Positions 21,398 through 29,956 of a DNA stretch of 64,000 nt are shown piece after piece (position 1 is the first letter of the stretch; each line of letters begins with the position of its first letter). Made by a program: the position numbers and the translations under genes. The stretch comes from an uncultured Desulfosarcina sp. Lineage in GTDB: Bacteria; Desulfobacterota; Desulfobacteria; Desulfobacterales; Desulfosarcinaceae. The stretch spans positions 2,176,001 to 2,240,000 of the forward strand of contig CAXXWQ010000004.1 in assembly GCA_963674945.2 (NCBI GenBank). Reading direction: 5' to 3'. The notes beneath the pieces are model-generated. The model searched no databases. It saw nothing but the letters and a program-made list of their open reading frames with translations, and had not been told where the DNA came from.

Positions 21398-22249
21398 ATG
21401 CGACCCATCGTTTTTTTTGTACTTATCGCAATTTTACTGATACCGGCCCCAAGTCAGGCGCTGACGCTGGAGGGCAATCTCGTTCAAGGGGGCATGGCCA
21501 TCGGCAAGACCGCTCCCGGCGAGACCGTGAAATACAAGGGAAAAAGGCTCCGTGTCTCCCCCGAGGGGCTCTTCGTTGTCGGATTCGGCCGGGACGACCC
21601 AGCAGAGTCGTTTATCGAAATTCATCACCAAAACGGAACGGTGGAAAAGCATCCGTTCACGATTGAGACACGCACCTATAATATCCAGCGCATCGACGGA
21701 TTGCCACCACGAAAAGTCAGCCCTTCGCCCGAAGACCTGGAACGTATCGGTAAAGAGATCGCCTTGGTGAAGGGCGTCCGAAAAAAAGATCTGCCCAATA
21801 CAGATTTTTCCCAAAAATTCATCTGGCCGGTGATCGGACGGATCAGTGGTGTCTATGGAAGTCAACGGATATTGAATGGCAAGCCCCGAAGACCCCATTA
21901 CGGCGTGGATATCGCAGCCCCCACGGGCACACCAGTACGTGCGCCGACAGACGGTGTCGTGACCCTGGTTCACGAAGATATGTTCTACTCGGGCGGAACA
22001 CTGATCCTCGACCACGGACACGGCCTGTCCACAAGTTATCTTCATCTGCACAAGATTCTCGTCGAAGAGGGACAGCGGGTCGTGCAGGGGGAGACGATTG
22101 CCCAGGTGGGCGCCACGGGCCGGGTCACAGGCCCCCATTTGCACTGGGGAATGAACTGGTTTGATACGCGCCTGGATCCCTCCTTGCCGGCAGGCCCCAT
22201 GCCAAAGAAAGTTTCGGCGGCAATTGGCGACCGGTCCGGCACCAAATAA
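21398..22249 (+). CDS. M23 family metallopeptidase, secreted
   Basis: Signal peptide; 'HYGVD' and 'GPHLHW' motifs. Confidence 0.9.
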   Translation: MRPIVFFVLIAILLIPAPSQALTLEGNLVQGGMAIGKTAPGETVKYKGKRLRVSPEGLFVVGFGRDDPAESFIEIHHQNGTVEKHPFTIETRTYNIQRIDGLPPRKVSPSPEDLERIGKEIALVKGVRKKDLPNTDFSQKFIWPVIGRISGVYGSQRILNGKPRRPHYGVDIAAPTGTPVRAPTDGVVTLVHEDMFYSGGTLILDHGHGLSTSYLHLHKILVEEGQRVVQGETIAQVGATGRVTGPHLHWGMNWFDTRLDPSLPAGPMPKKVSAAIGDRSGTK

Positions 22250-22266
22250 TCCTTTGGATATCCGGG

Positions 22267-22590
22267 CTATGGCCGGATGTCCAAGCCACACGTCTGGCGG
22301 GTGGTCGTTGACTTGGGCCGATACCGAAGCAGTCCCTTCTGGGTCACCGTGGCCACCAATAGCCCGTCCTGGGTAAAAAAATATTACCGATGAACAGTGC
22401 CCGTACCCGGGAGGCGCTGGGGCTTGCCAAATCGTAAAAAAGCCAGTCGTTCATCTGAAATTCCCGATGAAACCATATGGGAAAAATGGCCCGGCCGTTT
22501 TGGACGGCGACCACCCTTCGCGTGGTGAAGCTGTGCCCGTTTCGAATGCAGTCCACCGTTTAGACAACGGGCTTGGGCGGCGTGACAGAT
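22267..22590 (-). pseudogene. tesB: Acyl-CoA thioesterase II remnant with internal deletion
   Basis: 'PVV*TVDCIRNGHSFTTRRVVAVQNGRAIF' joined directly to 'IWFHR...SPSAS', then a frameshift to 'FTQDGLLVATVTQKGLLR'. Confidence 0.8.
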
Positions 22591-22657
22591 CCATCATTTG
22601 GCATTATTGTAAGTTGTATATTTTCGCGATTCATTTCCGCCGAAGAGGAGAACACCA

Positions 22658-23479
22658 ATGCCAACAGCACCGAAAAACGCCATGGAGATCTTCAAACACC
22701 TTGAGAAATCCAATTGCCGGGAGTGCGGCGAAAAGACATGCCTTGCCTTTGCCGGTGCCGTGTTTCAGGGAAAAAAGGCAATCGACCAATGCCCCCGGCT
22801 CAGCCCCGGTGTTATCAAGCAATTTTCCCAAGGGGCCAACGGCCAGGAGGAACCGGTTGACAACCTGGAGGTCTTTTTGCAGATGATGAAGGAGAAAATC
22901 GCCCGTGTCGACCTGGCGGCGGCGGCAAAGCGTGTGGGGGGACGGTTCGAAAACAGCCGACTGACCATCAAAATCCTGGGGAAGGATTTTTCCGTGGACC
23001 AACAGGGCACACTGCGTTCGGATATCCATGTTAATCCCTGGGTGGCAGCACCCTTTTTCGACTACGTAATCGACGGTTTGGGTCTGGAGCCAAAGGAGAA
23101 ATGGGTTCCCTTTCGGGAATTGAAAGAGGGCCGGGATCGGTACCCGCTGTTTCAAAAACGTTGCGAAGAGGCAATGAAGCAGGTGGCCGACGGCTATACC
23201 GACCTGTTCGACGATGTCGTACACCTTTTTTCCGGCAGACAGGTAGAACGCCAGTTCGAATCAGACATTTCCGTGGTACTGCATCCGTTGCCCAAGGTGC
23301 CCATCATGATCTGCTATTGGCGCCCGGACGAAGGTCTCGGTTCCAGCCTCAACATATTTTTCGATGAGACCGCCGACAAAAACCTGACCATCGGTTCCGT
23401 GTTCTCATTGGGCGCAGGACTGACCCAGATGTTTCAGAAGCTTGCCCTGCGGCATGGATGGCAAGAGACCGGGCCGTGA
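22658..23479 (+). CDS. Fe-S-binding domain + DUF3786-like protein
   Basis: 'NCRECGEKTCLAFA...CP' N-terminal cluster motif; 'PLPKVP' C-terminal motif. Confidence 0.75.
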   Translation: MPTAPKNAMEIFKHLEKSNCRECGEKTCLAFAGAVFQGKKAIDQCPRLSPGVIKQFSQGANGQEEPVDNLEVFLQMMKEKIARVDLAAAAKRVGGRFENSRLTIKILGKDFSVDQQGTLRSDIHVNPWVAAPFFDYVIDGLGLEPKEKWVPFRELKEGRDRYPLFQKRCEEAMKQVADGYTDLFDDVVHLFSGRQVERQFESDISVVLHPLPKVPIMICYWRPDEGLGSSLNIFFDETADKNLTIGSVFSLGAGLTQMFQKLALRHGWQETGP

Positions 23480-23576
23480 GTTTGGCTCTTGGCAGCGTGA
23501 AAGATGGGCCTATGTCCGCTTCATTTTTGTGCCGGGTTGTTTTTCATGAGTATTGTGATACATACGAATCGGCAAC

Positions 23577-25061
23577 ATGCAGTCGGAAGCACATATGGAT
23601 TTGTCACGCGGGCGGTTTTCGGTTATGGGTGTTTCTATGGTTAAAAAAAAGTCGGCGAAAGGGACCGACATTGCCAGCATACAGGTGCTTATTCATATCG
23701 GTCCACCCAAAACCGGGACTTCCGCCATACAAAACTGGTTGCGTAACAATCGATCCTATCTGAAGAAGCTCGGGATCTATTACCCCGACCATCTTTTGGA
23801 TAAAAATGGCGTCAGCTCCGGGAATGTGAGGCGCCTGTTTTATCCCCGGGTACCGGGCAAGCCGCTTGCGCCCATTGCCGACGCCCGCGAGAGATTGATT
23901 GGGGAGACGTCGACAAATGGCTGTGATCGTCTTTTGTTGTCTTCGGAAAACTTTTTCGCACAACTGCCCGATGTCATGGCGATCTTTCCCGAGGCTCTGC
24001 TCATCGCCTATATTCGGTTTCCCCTCGATTTGTTGGAGTCACGATACAACCAAAGCGTAAAACGCGGCAGAAACAAAGAGAAATTTCCTGCAGCATCTTC
24101 GGTTCCCGAGGCGACACACTTGGATACCTTGGCCGAATTCATCGGCCAGTACGGCAGAAATACCTTTTTGCTTCGCCCGTTCATGAAGGCCTGTTTCACG
24201 GATGGCGACATCGTCAGTGACTTTTTATCGGCAATCAAAGTAAAAAAGCCGTCCGGCTCGATCGTCGACGGCATTTTAAAGACCATAGGGGTAGGACAAG
24301 ATAAAGCATCGTCCATGTCGTCCGTCGTCAATACTTCCTATTGTTTTGAAGCCCTTGAATTCAAACGCTGGCTCAACAACTTCGACCTTTCCCTGTGGCA
24401 AACCAGAATCGATACGTTTTTACAAGGGTATCGGGATGGGACTTTTAATTTTTCCTTACTCGATCCGGATCAGTATGCTCGAATAAAAGAACACTTCTTG
24501 AGAATTACCCGGGAATTCGTTCGGCGGTATCAGGTGATAAATGGTGATGCTTTCCTGCGTGCGATCGAAGAAAAAAAGCAGAAACCGTTCAAGCGGCAGG
24601 TACTCGATGTGAATGAATTTCGGTGTGTTGCCGAGGCCATGCGTCGGCATGACGCCTTGCTGGTAAAATATCTCGCTGTTCTCATTGAAAGCAGTGGCAG
24701 ACGGGACCTTGTAAACAGCCCCTATGCAAAGGCTTTCGGCGTCGAGGCGAACCGGGCAAAACAGCATTTCGATCCCATCCATGGGAAAGTGGTCGGTTTT
24801 CATGAATTGAAGAATCGTTTATCGCTGCCCAAGGACAAAGGCCCTGCCGCCGTGTTCAAAAATCTCGCCCGGTTTTGTGAGGACAATGGTGAACTGGAAT
24901 TTGCCTATCGGCTGGTAAAAGCGGCACAATCCATTCAGCCCAACGCTCCTTGGGTCCAAAAAAAACTGGCTGAATACAAAGACAAGTTAGAGAACCAGTC
25001 GAAATTGAAAAGCGCTTTGAAGAACGAGGAGAATGATCGCAATGGGAAAAACGAAGCATAG
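23577..25061 (+). CDS. Sulfotransferase-like P-loop hypothetical protein (start uncertain, possibly 23637)
   Basis: 'HIGPPKTGTSAIQ', 'LLSSENF', 'ESRYNQ'. Confidence 0.6.
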   Translation: MQSEAHMDLSRGRFSVMGVSMVKKKSAKGTDIASIQVLIHIGPPKTGTSAIQNWLRNNRSYLKKLGIYYPDHLLDKNGVSSGNVRRLFYPRVPGKPLAPIADARERLIGETSTNGCDRLLLSSENFFAQLPDVMAIFPEALLIAYIRFPLDLLESRYNQSVKRGRNKEKFPAASSVPEATHLDTLAEFIGQYGRNTFLLRPFMKACFTDGDIVSDFLSAIKVKKPSGSIVDGILKTIGVGQDKASSMSSVVNTSYCFEALEFKRWLNNFDLSLWQTRIDTFLQGYRDGTFNFSLLDPDQYARIKEHFLRITREFVRRYQVINGDAFLRAIEEKKQKPFKRQVLDVNEFRCVAEAMRRHDALLVKYLAVLIESSGRRDLVNSPYAKAFGVEANRAKQHFDPIHGKVVGFHELKNRLSLPKDKGPAAVFKNLARFCEDNGELEFAYRLVKAAQSIQPNAPWVQKKLAEYKDKLENQSKLKSALKNEENDRNGKNEA

Positions 25062-25902
25062 CCTTACTGCCGAACTCACCGCCGCAATCCGCGCCTGGCA
25101 CTTTCTGTACGGAGAGAGACCGCTAATCCTGGAAGATCCAATCGCCATCGATCTGCTGAATCCGGAACTGCGCAAGCGATGCCTTGAAGGAGACAGGCAA
25201 AATGGATTTGGCCACGGCGGCAGCGCAGCCATCGTTCTTGGGCGTGCTCGCTATACCGAGGACAAGCTGATTGAGGCGGTGCAATCGGGAACGAATCAAT
25301 ATGTCGTGCTGGGTGCCGGTGGGGATTCGTTCGCACTGAGGCGTCCGGATTTAATGGAAAAAATCCGCGTATATGAGATCGACCAACCGGGAACCCAGGA
25401 ATGGAAACGGGAATGTTTGGAGGGGCGCGGTCATGCGCTGCCGGTATCTCTGGAATTCATTCCCGCCGACCTTGAACATGAAACGGTCCTTGCAGTTCTC
25501 GCCCGGTCCTCTTTCAGAAAAAACCAACGGGTATTTTTCTCATGGCTTGGCACGTTAATGTATCTCACCCCAGATGCGATTTTCGGCACCCTGCGATCTT
25601 TCGCGAAAGCACTTGCCCCAGGCAGTGAAATTGCTTTTGATTATCGTGTACAGACCGAGTTTATCGATCCTGATGAGGTAGAATTCGTCCTGAAAGGTGA
25701 CGAGGCGACAGCAGCAATGGGAGAGCCAAAAAACTCATTTTTCAACCCCCATACATTTCCGGATGAAATTAGAGCGACGGGCTTCGAAATGATAGAAAAC
25801 CTTTCTCCGCAACAGTTAGCACAGCGTTACCTTAAAAATCGGAAGGACATGGAGAAGCCCACAACGCATCACTGGTTTGCGCAGATACGGCTTCGTTCTT
25901 AA
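25033..25902 (+). CDS. SAM-dependent methyltransferase, LCM/YktD-like
   Basis: 'QYVVLGAGGDS', 'YEIDQP', 'WLGTLMYL'. Confidence 0.85.
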   Translation: MIAMGKTKHSLTAELTAAIRAWHFLYGERPLILEDPIAIDLLNPELRKRCLEGDRQNGFGHGGSAAIVLGRARYTEDKLIEAVQSGTNQYVVLGAGGDSFALRRPDLMEKIRVYEIDQPGTQEWKRECLEGRGHALPVSLEFIPADLEHETVLAVLARSSFRKNQRVFFSWLGTLMYLTPDAIFGTLRSFAKALAPGSEIAFDYRVQTEFIDPDEVEFVLKGDEATAAMGEPKNSFFNPHTFPDEIRATGFEMIENLSPQQLAQRYLKNRKDMEKPTTHHWFAQIRLRS

Positions 25903-25953
25903 CCGACAATGTATGAAACCGACACAAGAACCAGCCTGGCCGCCCTGGTTTCC

Positions 25954-26712
25954 TTACTTCTCTTTATGCGCCTGGAAATACAAAATACCACCATTTGTAT
26001 CACAACTGGTGAAAGTCAGACCATTATGACGGCATACATTTTGAAGATCATCAATCGTAAATGTATGAGCATCGTTCTTTTCTGCCAGCTTCTTCCACTT
26101 GGCATCGAATTCTTTATGAATCCCGACAACAGGAGTACTGCAAACAAACAGGAACCCATTGGCTAATACTTTCGATATTTGTGCAATTGCAAGTTGATAA
26201 TCCGGTATCAAATGCAAAGACGTATCCATAAAAATAAAGTCAAATGATTCATGATCAAAAGGGAGATTTCCGGCATTTCCCTGAATAAGTCTGCATGATT
26301 TAAATGATTTCTTTTTGGCTTTTTTCACCGCTTCCTTTAGCATAGAGTAGGATAGGTCAAGGCCGGTATACTCATTGCTCTTATCAAAATGCGCGATTGC
26401 ACTGCCGGTTCCGCATGCAATATCCAGAACACGGGATTCTTTTACTTGTGAAAGCAAAGATTTCAATATTTTTTTATGCAGTTTGGGATTCGCCTTGTGA
26501 AGGCGTGGAAGAAGATATTTTTCATGAACAAAATCGTAAAAAAACATAGAAGATGAGAATTGTTTGAGCCTCTGCTTGTTTTCTTCGGATAGTTCGCCAG
26601 GCAGTGCATTGATGATACCATTTTTATCCGGTGCGGGAAGTGTCTCTTTATTCATTTGCTCCTCATTATCATTCCGTCTTCTATCATACGATATTCGCTC
26701 GTGTTCATCCAC
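25954..26712 (-). CDS. Class I SAM-dependent methyltransferase
   Basis: 'VLDIACGTG', 'GLDLS', 'LPFDHESFD'. Confidence 0.85.
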   Translation of the reverse strand: MDEHERISYDRRRNDNEEQMNKETLPAPDKNGIINALPGELSEENKQRLKQFSSSMFFYDFVHEKYLLPRLHKANPKLHKKILKSLLSQVKESRVLDIACGTGSAIAHFDKSNEYTGLDLSYSMLKEAVKKAKKKSFKSCRLIQGNAGNLPFDHESFDFIFMDTSLHLIPDYQLAIAQISKVLANGFLFVCSTPVVGIHKEFDAKWKKLAEKNDAHTFTIDDLQNVCRHNGLTFTSCDTNGGILYFQAHKEK

Positions 26713-26740
26713 ATAGTATCAATGCCTCTATTTCACGGAA

Positions 26741-27178
26741 TCATGCCTTTTCTTCCAAATCCTCTGCCAACACGGCCATTTGGGTAAACATACCTTTGGA
26801 AACCAGTTTCTCGACCCCATTGGCAACAGAAAAGACCTCAGATTCAGCTACTTTGATTTTTCTGCCGTTATTAATCACCTTCGACCGGCAAATCATGAGA
26901 GGGCCGACCGCTGGCTTCAAATAGTTGATCTTGAATTCTATTGTTAATATGCGAAATTCTTTTGAAACGGTTGTAAATGAGGCGTATCCGGAGGTATGAT
27001 CTGCCATTGTCGCGATCACTCCGGCATGAACGAATCCATCTTGCTGCCGGTGTTCCTCATTGACCTTTAGGCTGGTTTCAAAAATGCCATAAGCTACGCG
27101 GGTGACCTCAAAACCGCAATACGCTGGAAAGCCATGAACAAAATCTTTTTTTAAAAACGCAAACCATTGAGAAGGCAT
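26741..27178 (-). CDS. PaaI family thioesterase
   Basis: 'QDGFVHAGVIATMADH', 'TIEFKINYLKPA'. Confidence 0.88.
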   Translation of the reverse strand: MPSQWFAFLKKDFVHGFPAYCGFEVTRVAYGIFETSLKVNEEHRQQDGFVHAGVIATMADHTSGYASFTTVSKEFRILTIEFKINYLKPAVGPLMICRSKVINNGRKIKVAESEVFSVANGVEKLVSKGMFTQMAVLAEDLEEKA

Positions 27179-27320
27179 ATTTGTCCTATATTGACGGTTC
27201 TCATGTTAACAATAGTATAAAGTCCGGTTGCCTATTTTCATTATTTCATTCCCGGCATTGGTTCAACCCCATATTCCTAACATTCTAAGTATATTTGATA
27301 AAATCGCTTTAAACCTCCAT

Positions 27321-27336
27321 TGGCTCATCTTTTGCA
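27321..27336 (+). promoter_or_regulatory. sigma54 promoter (-24/-12)
   Basis: TGGCTCATCTTTTGCA, GG-N10-GC, about 40 nt before an ORF with GGAGG RBS. Confidence 0.55.
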
Positions 27337-27378
27337 TATATCGACTGGCGACAAACATGAAAAACACGGGAGGTTACG

Positions 27379-27582
27379 ATGGAACCCATTTCAAAGATCA
27401 AGTCATTCCTGCTGAAAATGTCGTTATTCCAAAAACAGAAAGCCACGCCAGCGATACCGTCAAACGATAATTCATGGGATCGGGAATTTGCGCCCGAACA
27501 GCCATTTACGGATTCTTGGGAGAATGTAACGTGGCGCGTTGATGACCTTCAATCCGCATTCACCGATAAGGCGTTTCAATAA
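27379..27582 (+). CDS. Small hypothetical protein (67 aa)
   Basis: GGAGGT RBS and upstream sigma54 site. Confidence 0.5.
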   Translation: MEPISKIKSFLLKMSLFQKQKATPAIPSNDNSWDREFAPEQPFTDSWENVTWRVDDLQSAFTDKAFQ

Positions 27583-27622
27583 AATCAACTATTAGATAGA
27601 AGACGTAAATAACAATTACCGA

Positions 27623-28393
27623 TTACTCGGTAAGGGGCCATTTTCTTTTCGGATAATCGCCGCGTTTTTTGAATCGCCGTTGGTGCAGTATCTCTTGCTC
27701 CACGTCTCGGTCAAAACTGGAACCTTCCAAAGACCCTTTTGCGGGATACTCTTTCTCATACGTTTCCTTGATGAGATCAATGGGAACATCCTCAAATTCG
27801 CCACGATATCGAAGGTACTCCAAATGACGATTTCCTTCAAGGTCAAACGGGTGAAATAGAGCGTCTTGATAGCCATCGAAATCGAGTGGCTTGATATTGA
27901 ATTTACGGCATAGTTCGATATTAAAGGCTGGTGTGAGCTTAATCCAGTTCCCGTCCAGATAAATAACGGTGTATCCGTGCCAGTAAAATACATCGGTTTT
28001 CATTGCCTTTGGCATACGCTCGGTCGACAGGTGGTTGCGGACATCCGCAAAGCCCAATTTAGAAGGGATGCCAATGGATCGATAAGCGGCGGTGAGCAGG
28101 ATTGCCTTTGGCACACACCAACCTCGCTTGCTTTCCAGTGTGGCACTGGCTCGTAGTCCTTCGACTGATAGCTTTACCGAATATGGATCGTATCGGATAC
28201 CATCGCGAACAGCATAATAGAGATCGACGGCCTGTTGCCTGGGTTCCGTGTGATTGCCGCAATGTTGATTGGCAAATTCTTTAACTGCCGTATGAGAACT
28301 GTCGATTATAGGCGTTGGTTTAAGAAGCTGAATCATTTGTGTGGCCATGAATGTTGTTTCCGAACCATTTGAATGTAACTTTTCTTTAGACAA
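27623..28393 (-). CDS. Transglutaminase-like family protein
   Basis: 'GWCVPKAILL', 'WHGY', 'W.KLTPAFN'. Confidence 0.85.
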   Translation of the reverse strand: MSKEKLHSNGSETTFMATQMIQLLKPTPIIDSSHTAVKEFANQHCGNHTEPRQQAVDLYYAVRDGIRYDPYSVKLSVEGLRASATLESKRGWCVPKAILLTAAYRSIGIPSKLGFADVRNHLSTERMPKAMKTDVFYWHGYTVIYLDGNWIKLTPAFNIELCRKFNIKPLDFDGYQDALFHPFDLEGNRHLEYLRYRGEFEDVPIDLIKETYEKEYPAKGSLEGSSFDRDVEQEILHQRRFKKRGDYPKRKWPLTE

Positions 28394-28539
28394 TGAAATT
28401 TCCCAGTTTTTCCTATTCTTTCAAAATCCTTTTCTTTAGACCATTTCCGGTGTCCATATCAACCATTGAGTCGTTTGTGAATCACGTCCCTAATTCATAA
28501 GATACAATAGCGACACAGACTACCGATACGTTAAATCCG

Positions 28540-28576
28540 AAAAAAAAGACAAGCCCCCGGGAAAAGGGGCTTGTCT
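28540..28576 (-). terminator. Rho-independent terminator
   Basis: Minus strand AGACAAGCCCC-loop-GGGGCTTGTCT followed by a T tract. Confidence 0.8.
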
Positions 28577-28638
28577 CGAAAGGAGGAGTGTAATGAGGAA
28601 GCATTTAAGCGCTCTTTAGAACAATGTTTCCCATTGCC
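28540..28638 (-). ncRNA. Candidate sigma54-dependent sRNA (~100 nt) with anti-SD seed CUCCUCCUUU
   Basis: sigma54 site upstream, intrinsic terminator downstream, no sizeable ORF between them. Confidence 0.5.
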
Positions 28639-28648
28639 AGAACAAAAA

Positions 28649-28664
28649 AGCATTTTTTATGCCA
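28649..28664 (-). promoter_or_regulatory. sigma54 promoter (-24/-12)
   Basis: TGGCATAAAAAATGCT, GG-N10-GC. Confidence 0.6.
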
Positions 28665-28870
28665 GTCTTTATTTTACTAAAAAAGGCTTTAATACATGGA
28701 TGTTAAATGGTCACAACAATATTCCATGTTGTTTTTTTTGACAAATTCTTGACGGTTGCCAGCGATTGGGGACGTTGTTTGTCCAGCTTCGCTACAATTG
28801 GCTTTTGGTAGAACATCCCTGTTTTTCCGGAAATGCAAGAAGAATGGTATTCTTTGAAATGAATTGCAGG

Positions 28871-29290
28871 TTAGTTCTTAATAACGACCTGGTAAGTGTC
28901 ACCGTCGATCCAGCCTTTATTGCTTTGGACATTGAAAGGACTGGCCGAAGTATAGTCGGGAGGGCATCGTCCGGATGCATCGTCGACTTGAATCGTAATT
29001 TCGGTATTCGGGTCCGGTGCAATAATTGTGTAGGCATTATTGGTTGGAATAAAATGACGGCTGCCGTCAGAAATGGTATTGTTGGTTGGAATTGAAAAGT
29101 AATCTCCGATTGCCGTTGCTAAATTGTTGGCATCCGATTCCACCCCAGAGCAGAAGCTCTTGTTTCGATAGGCGATAAAGTTGGGGATGGCGATGGCCGC
29201 AAGGATGCCGATGATGGCAATTACGATCATCAATTCGATTAGTGTAAACCCCATACCATCCAATTTTCTTAATTCTTTATTCATATTCAT
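28871..29290 (-). CDS. Type IVa prepilin (PilA-like, 125-aa mature)
   Basis: 'G|FTLIELMIVIAIIGILAAIAIPNF' prepilin cleavage/methylation motif. Confidence 0.92.
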   Translation of the reverse strand: MNMNKELRKLDGMGFTLIELMIVIAIIGILAAIAIPNFIAYRNKSFCSGVESDANNLATAIGDYFSIPTNNTISDGSRHFIPTNNAYTIIAPDPNTEITIQVDDASGRCPPDYTSASPFNVQSNKGWIDGDTYQVVIKN

Positions 29291-29329
29291 TGATATGCAA
29301 AAGATTTATGAAAGCTGGAAATGGTTTAA

Positions 29330-29345
29330 TGCATATAAAATGCCA
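29330..29345 (-). promoter_or_regulatory. sigma54 promoter of the pilin gene
   Basis: TGGCATTTTATATGCA, GG-N10-GC, about 40 nt upstream of the pilin start; sigma54/PilR control of pilA is established in related bacteria. Confidence 0.7.
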
Positions 29346-29540
29346 ACAATGAGAATGCTTGAGCATGAAGATATAACCAGCTAAAATATTAAAGTATTGT
29401 ATCGTTTTTATATGATTGGCCCTTTAAACAAAGTGCTTGTGGGTGTCAATATTTCGTAGAGTAAGCCAAAAAATGTCGTGATGTGATTGATCCGGATTTC
29501 CATCTCTGCCAGCAATTGCTTTTGTCAAGGGACTTCAAAG

Positions 29541-29696
29541 ATGGTATTCAAAAGAGATCTGTCCTATTTCGGGTTTGTTATTAAAAAATATCTATACGTT
29601 TTCGACAGACGGGTGTTTTTCAAACTGGCCGTTCTTACAGCCATTCTCGTTGTTTCGGTTGTCTTTTTGGCACTGATCTTTTCGCATCCCCAATAG
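29541..29696 (+). CDS. Small membrane protein (51 aa), tentative
   Basis: One clear TM segment 'LAVLTAILVVSVVFLALIF'; weak RBS. Confidence 0.35.
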   Translation: MVFKRDLSYFGFVIKKYLYVFDRRVFFKLAVLTAILVVSVVFLALIFSHPQ

Positions 29697-29956
29697 AAAT
29701 GTTCGTTGCGGAACGCACCCGTTTCCGGATGGACGGGACGGATTGGCGGCAGGCGCCTTTTGACACAGGCGCGTCATTGTTCGAAAGCGACAGCGAGATC
29801 GAAAACAACTTTTTTCGCAATGGATTCATCGCTCCGCAAACGACTCCATGTACACCTGTCACAAACAAAGCATATCCGATGGGGGTACTTGTTTTTACTT
29901 CTCGATTAACGTTCGATTACCATTTGCCAAAGGACCGGCTTGTGGGAGGAGGAAAA

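Noticed and set aside
28579..28619. Plus-strand mini-ORF MRKHLSAL with AAGGAGGAG RBS
   Set aside because: Promoter and terminator both point to the minus strand; the SD is better read as the complement of the sRNA seed, although the ORF is not strictly excluded
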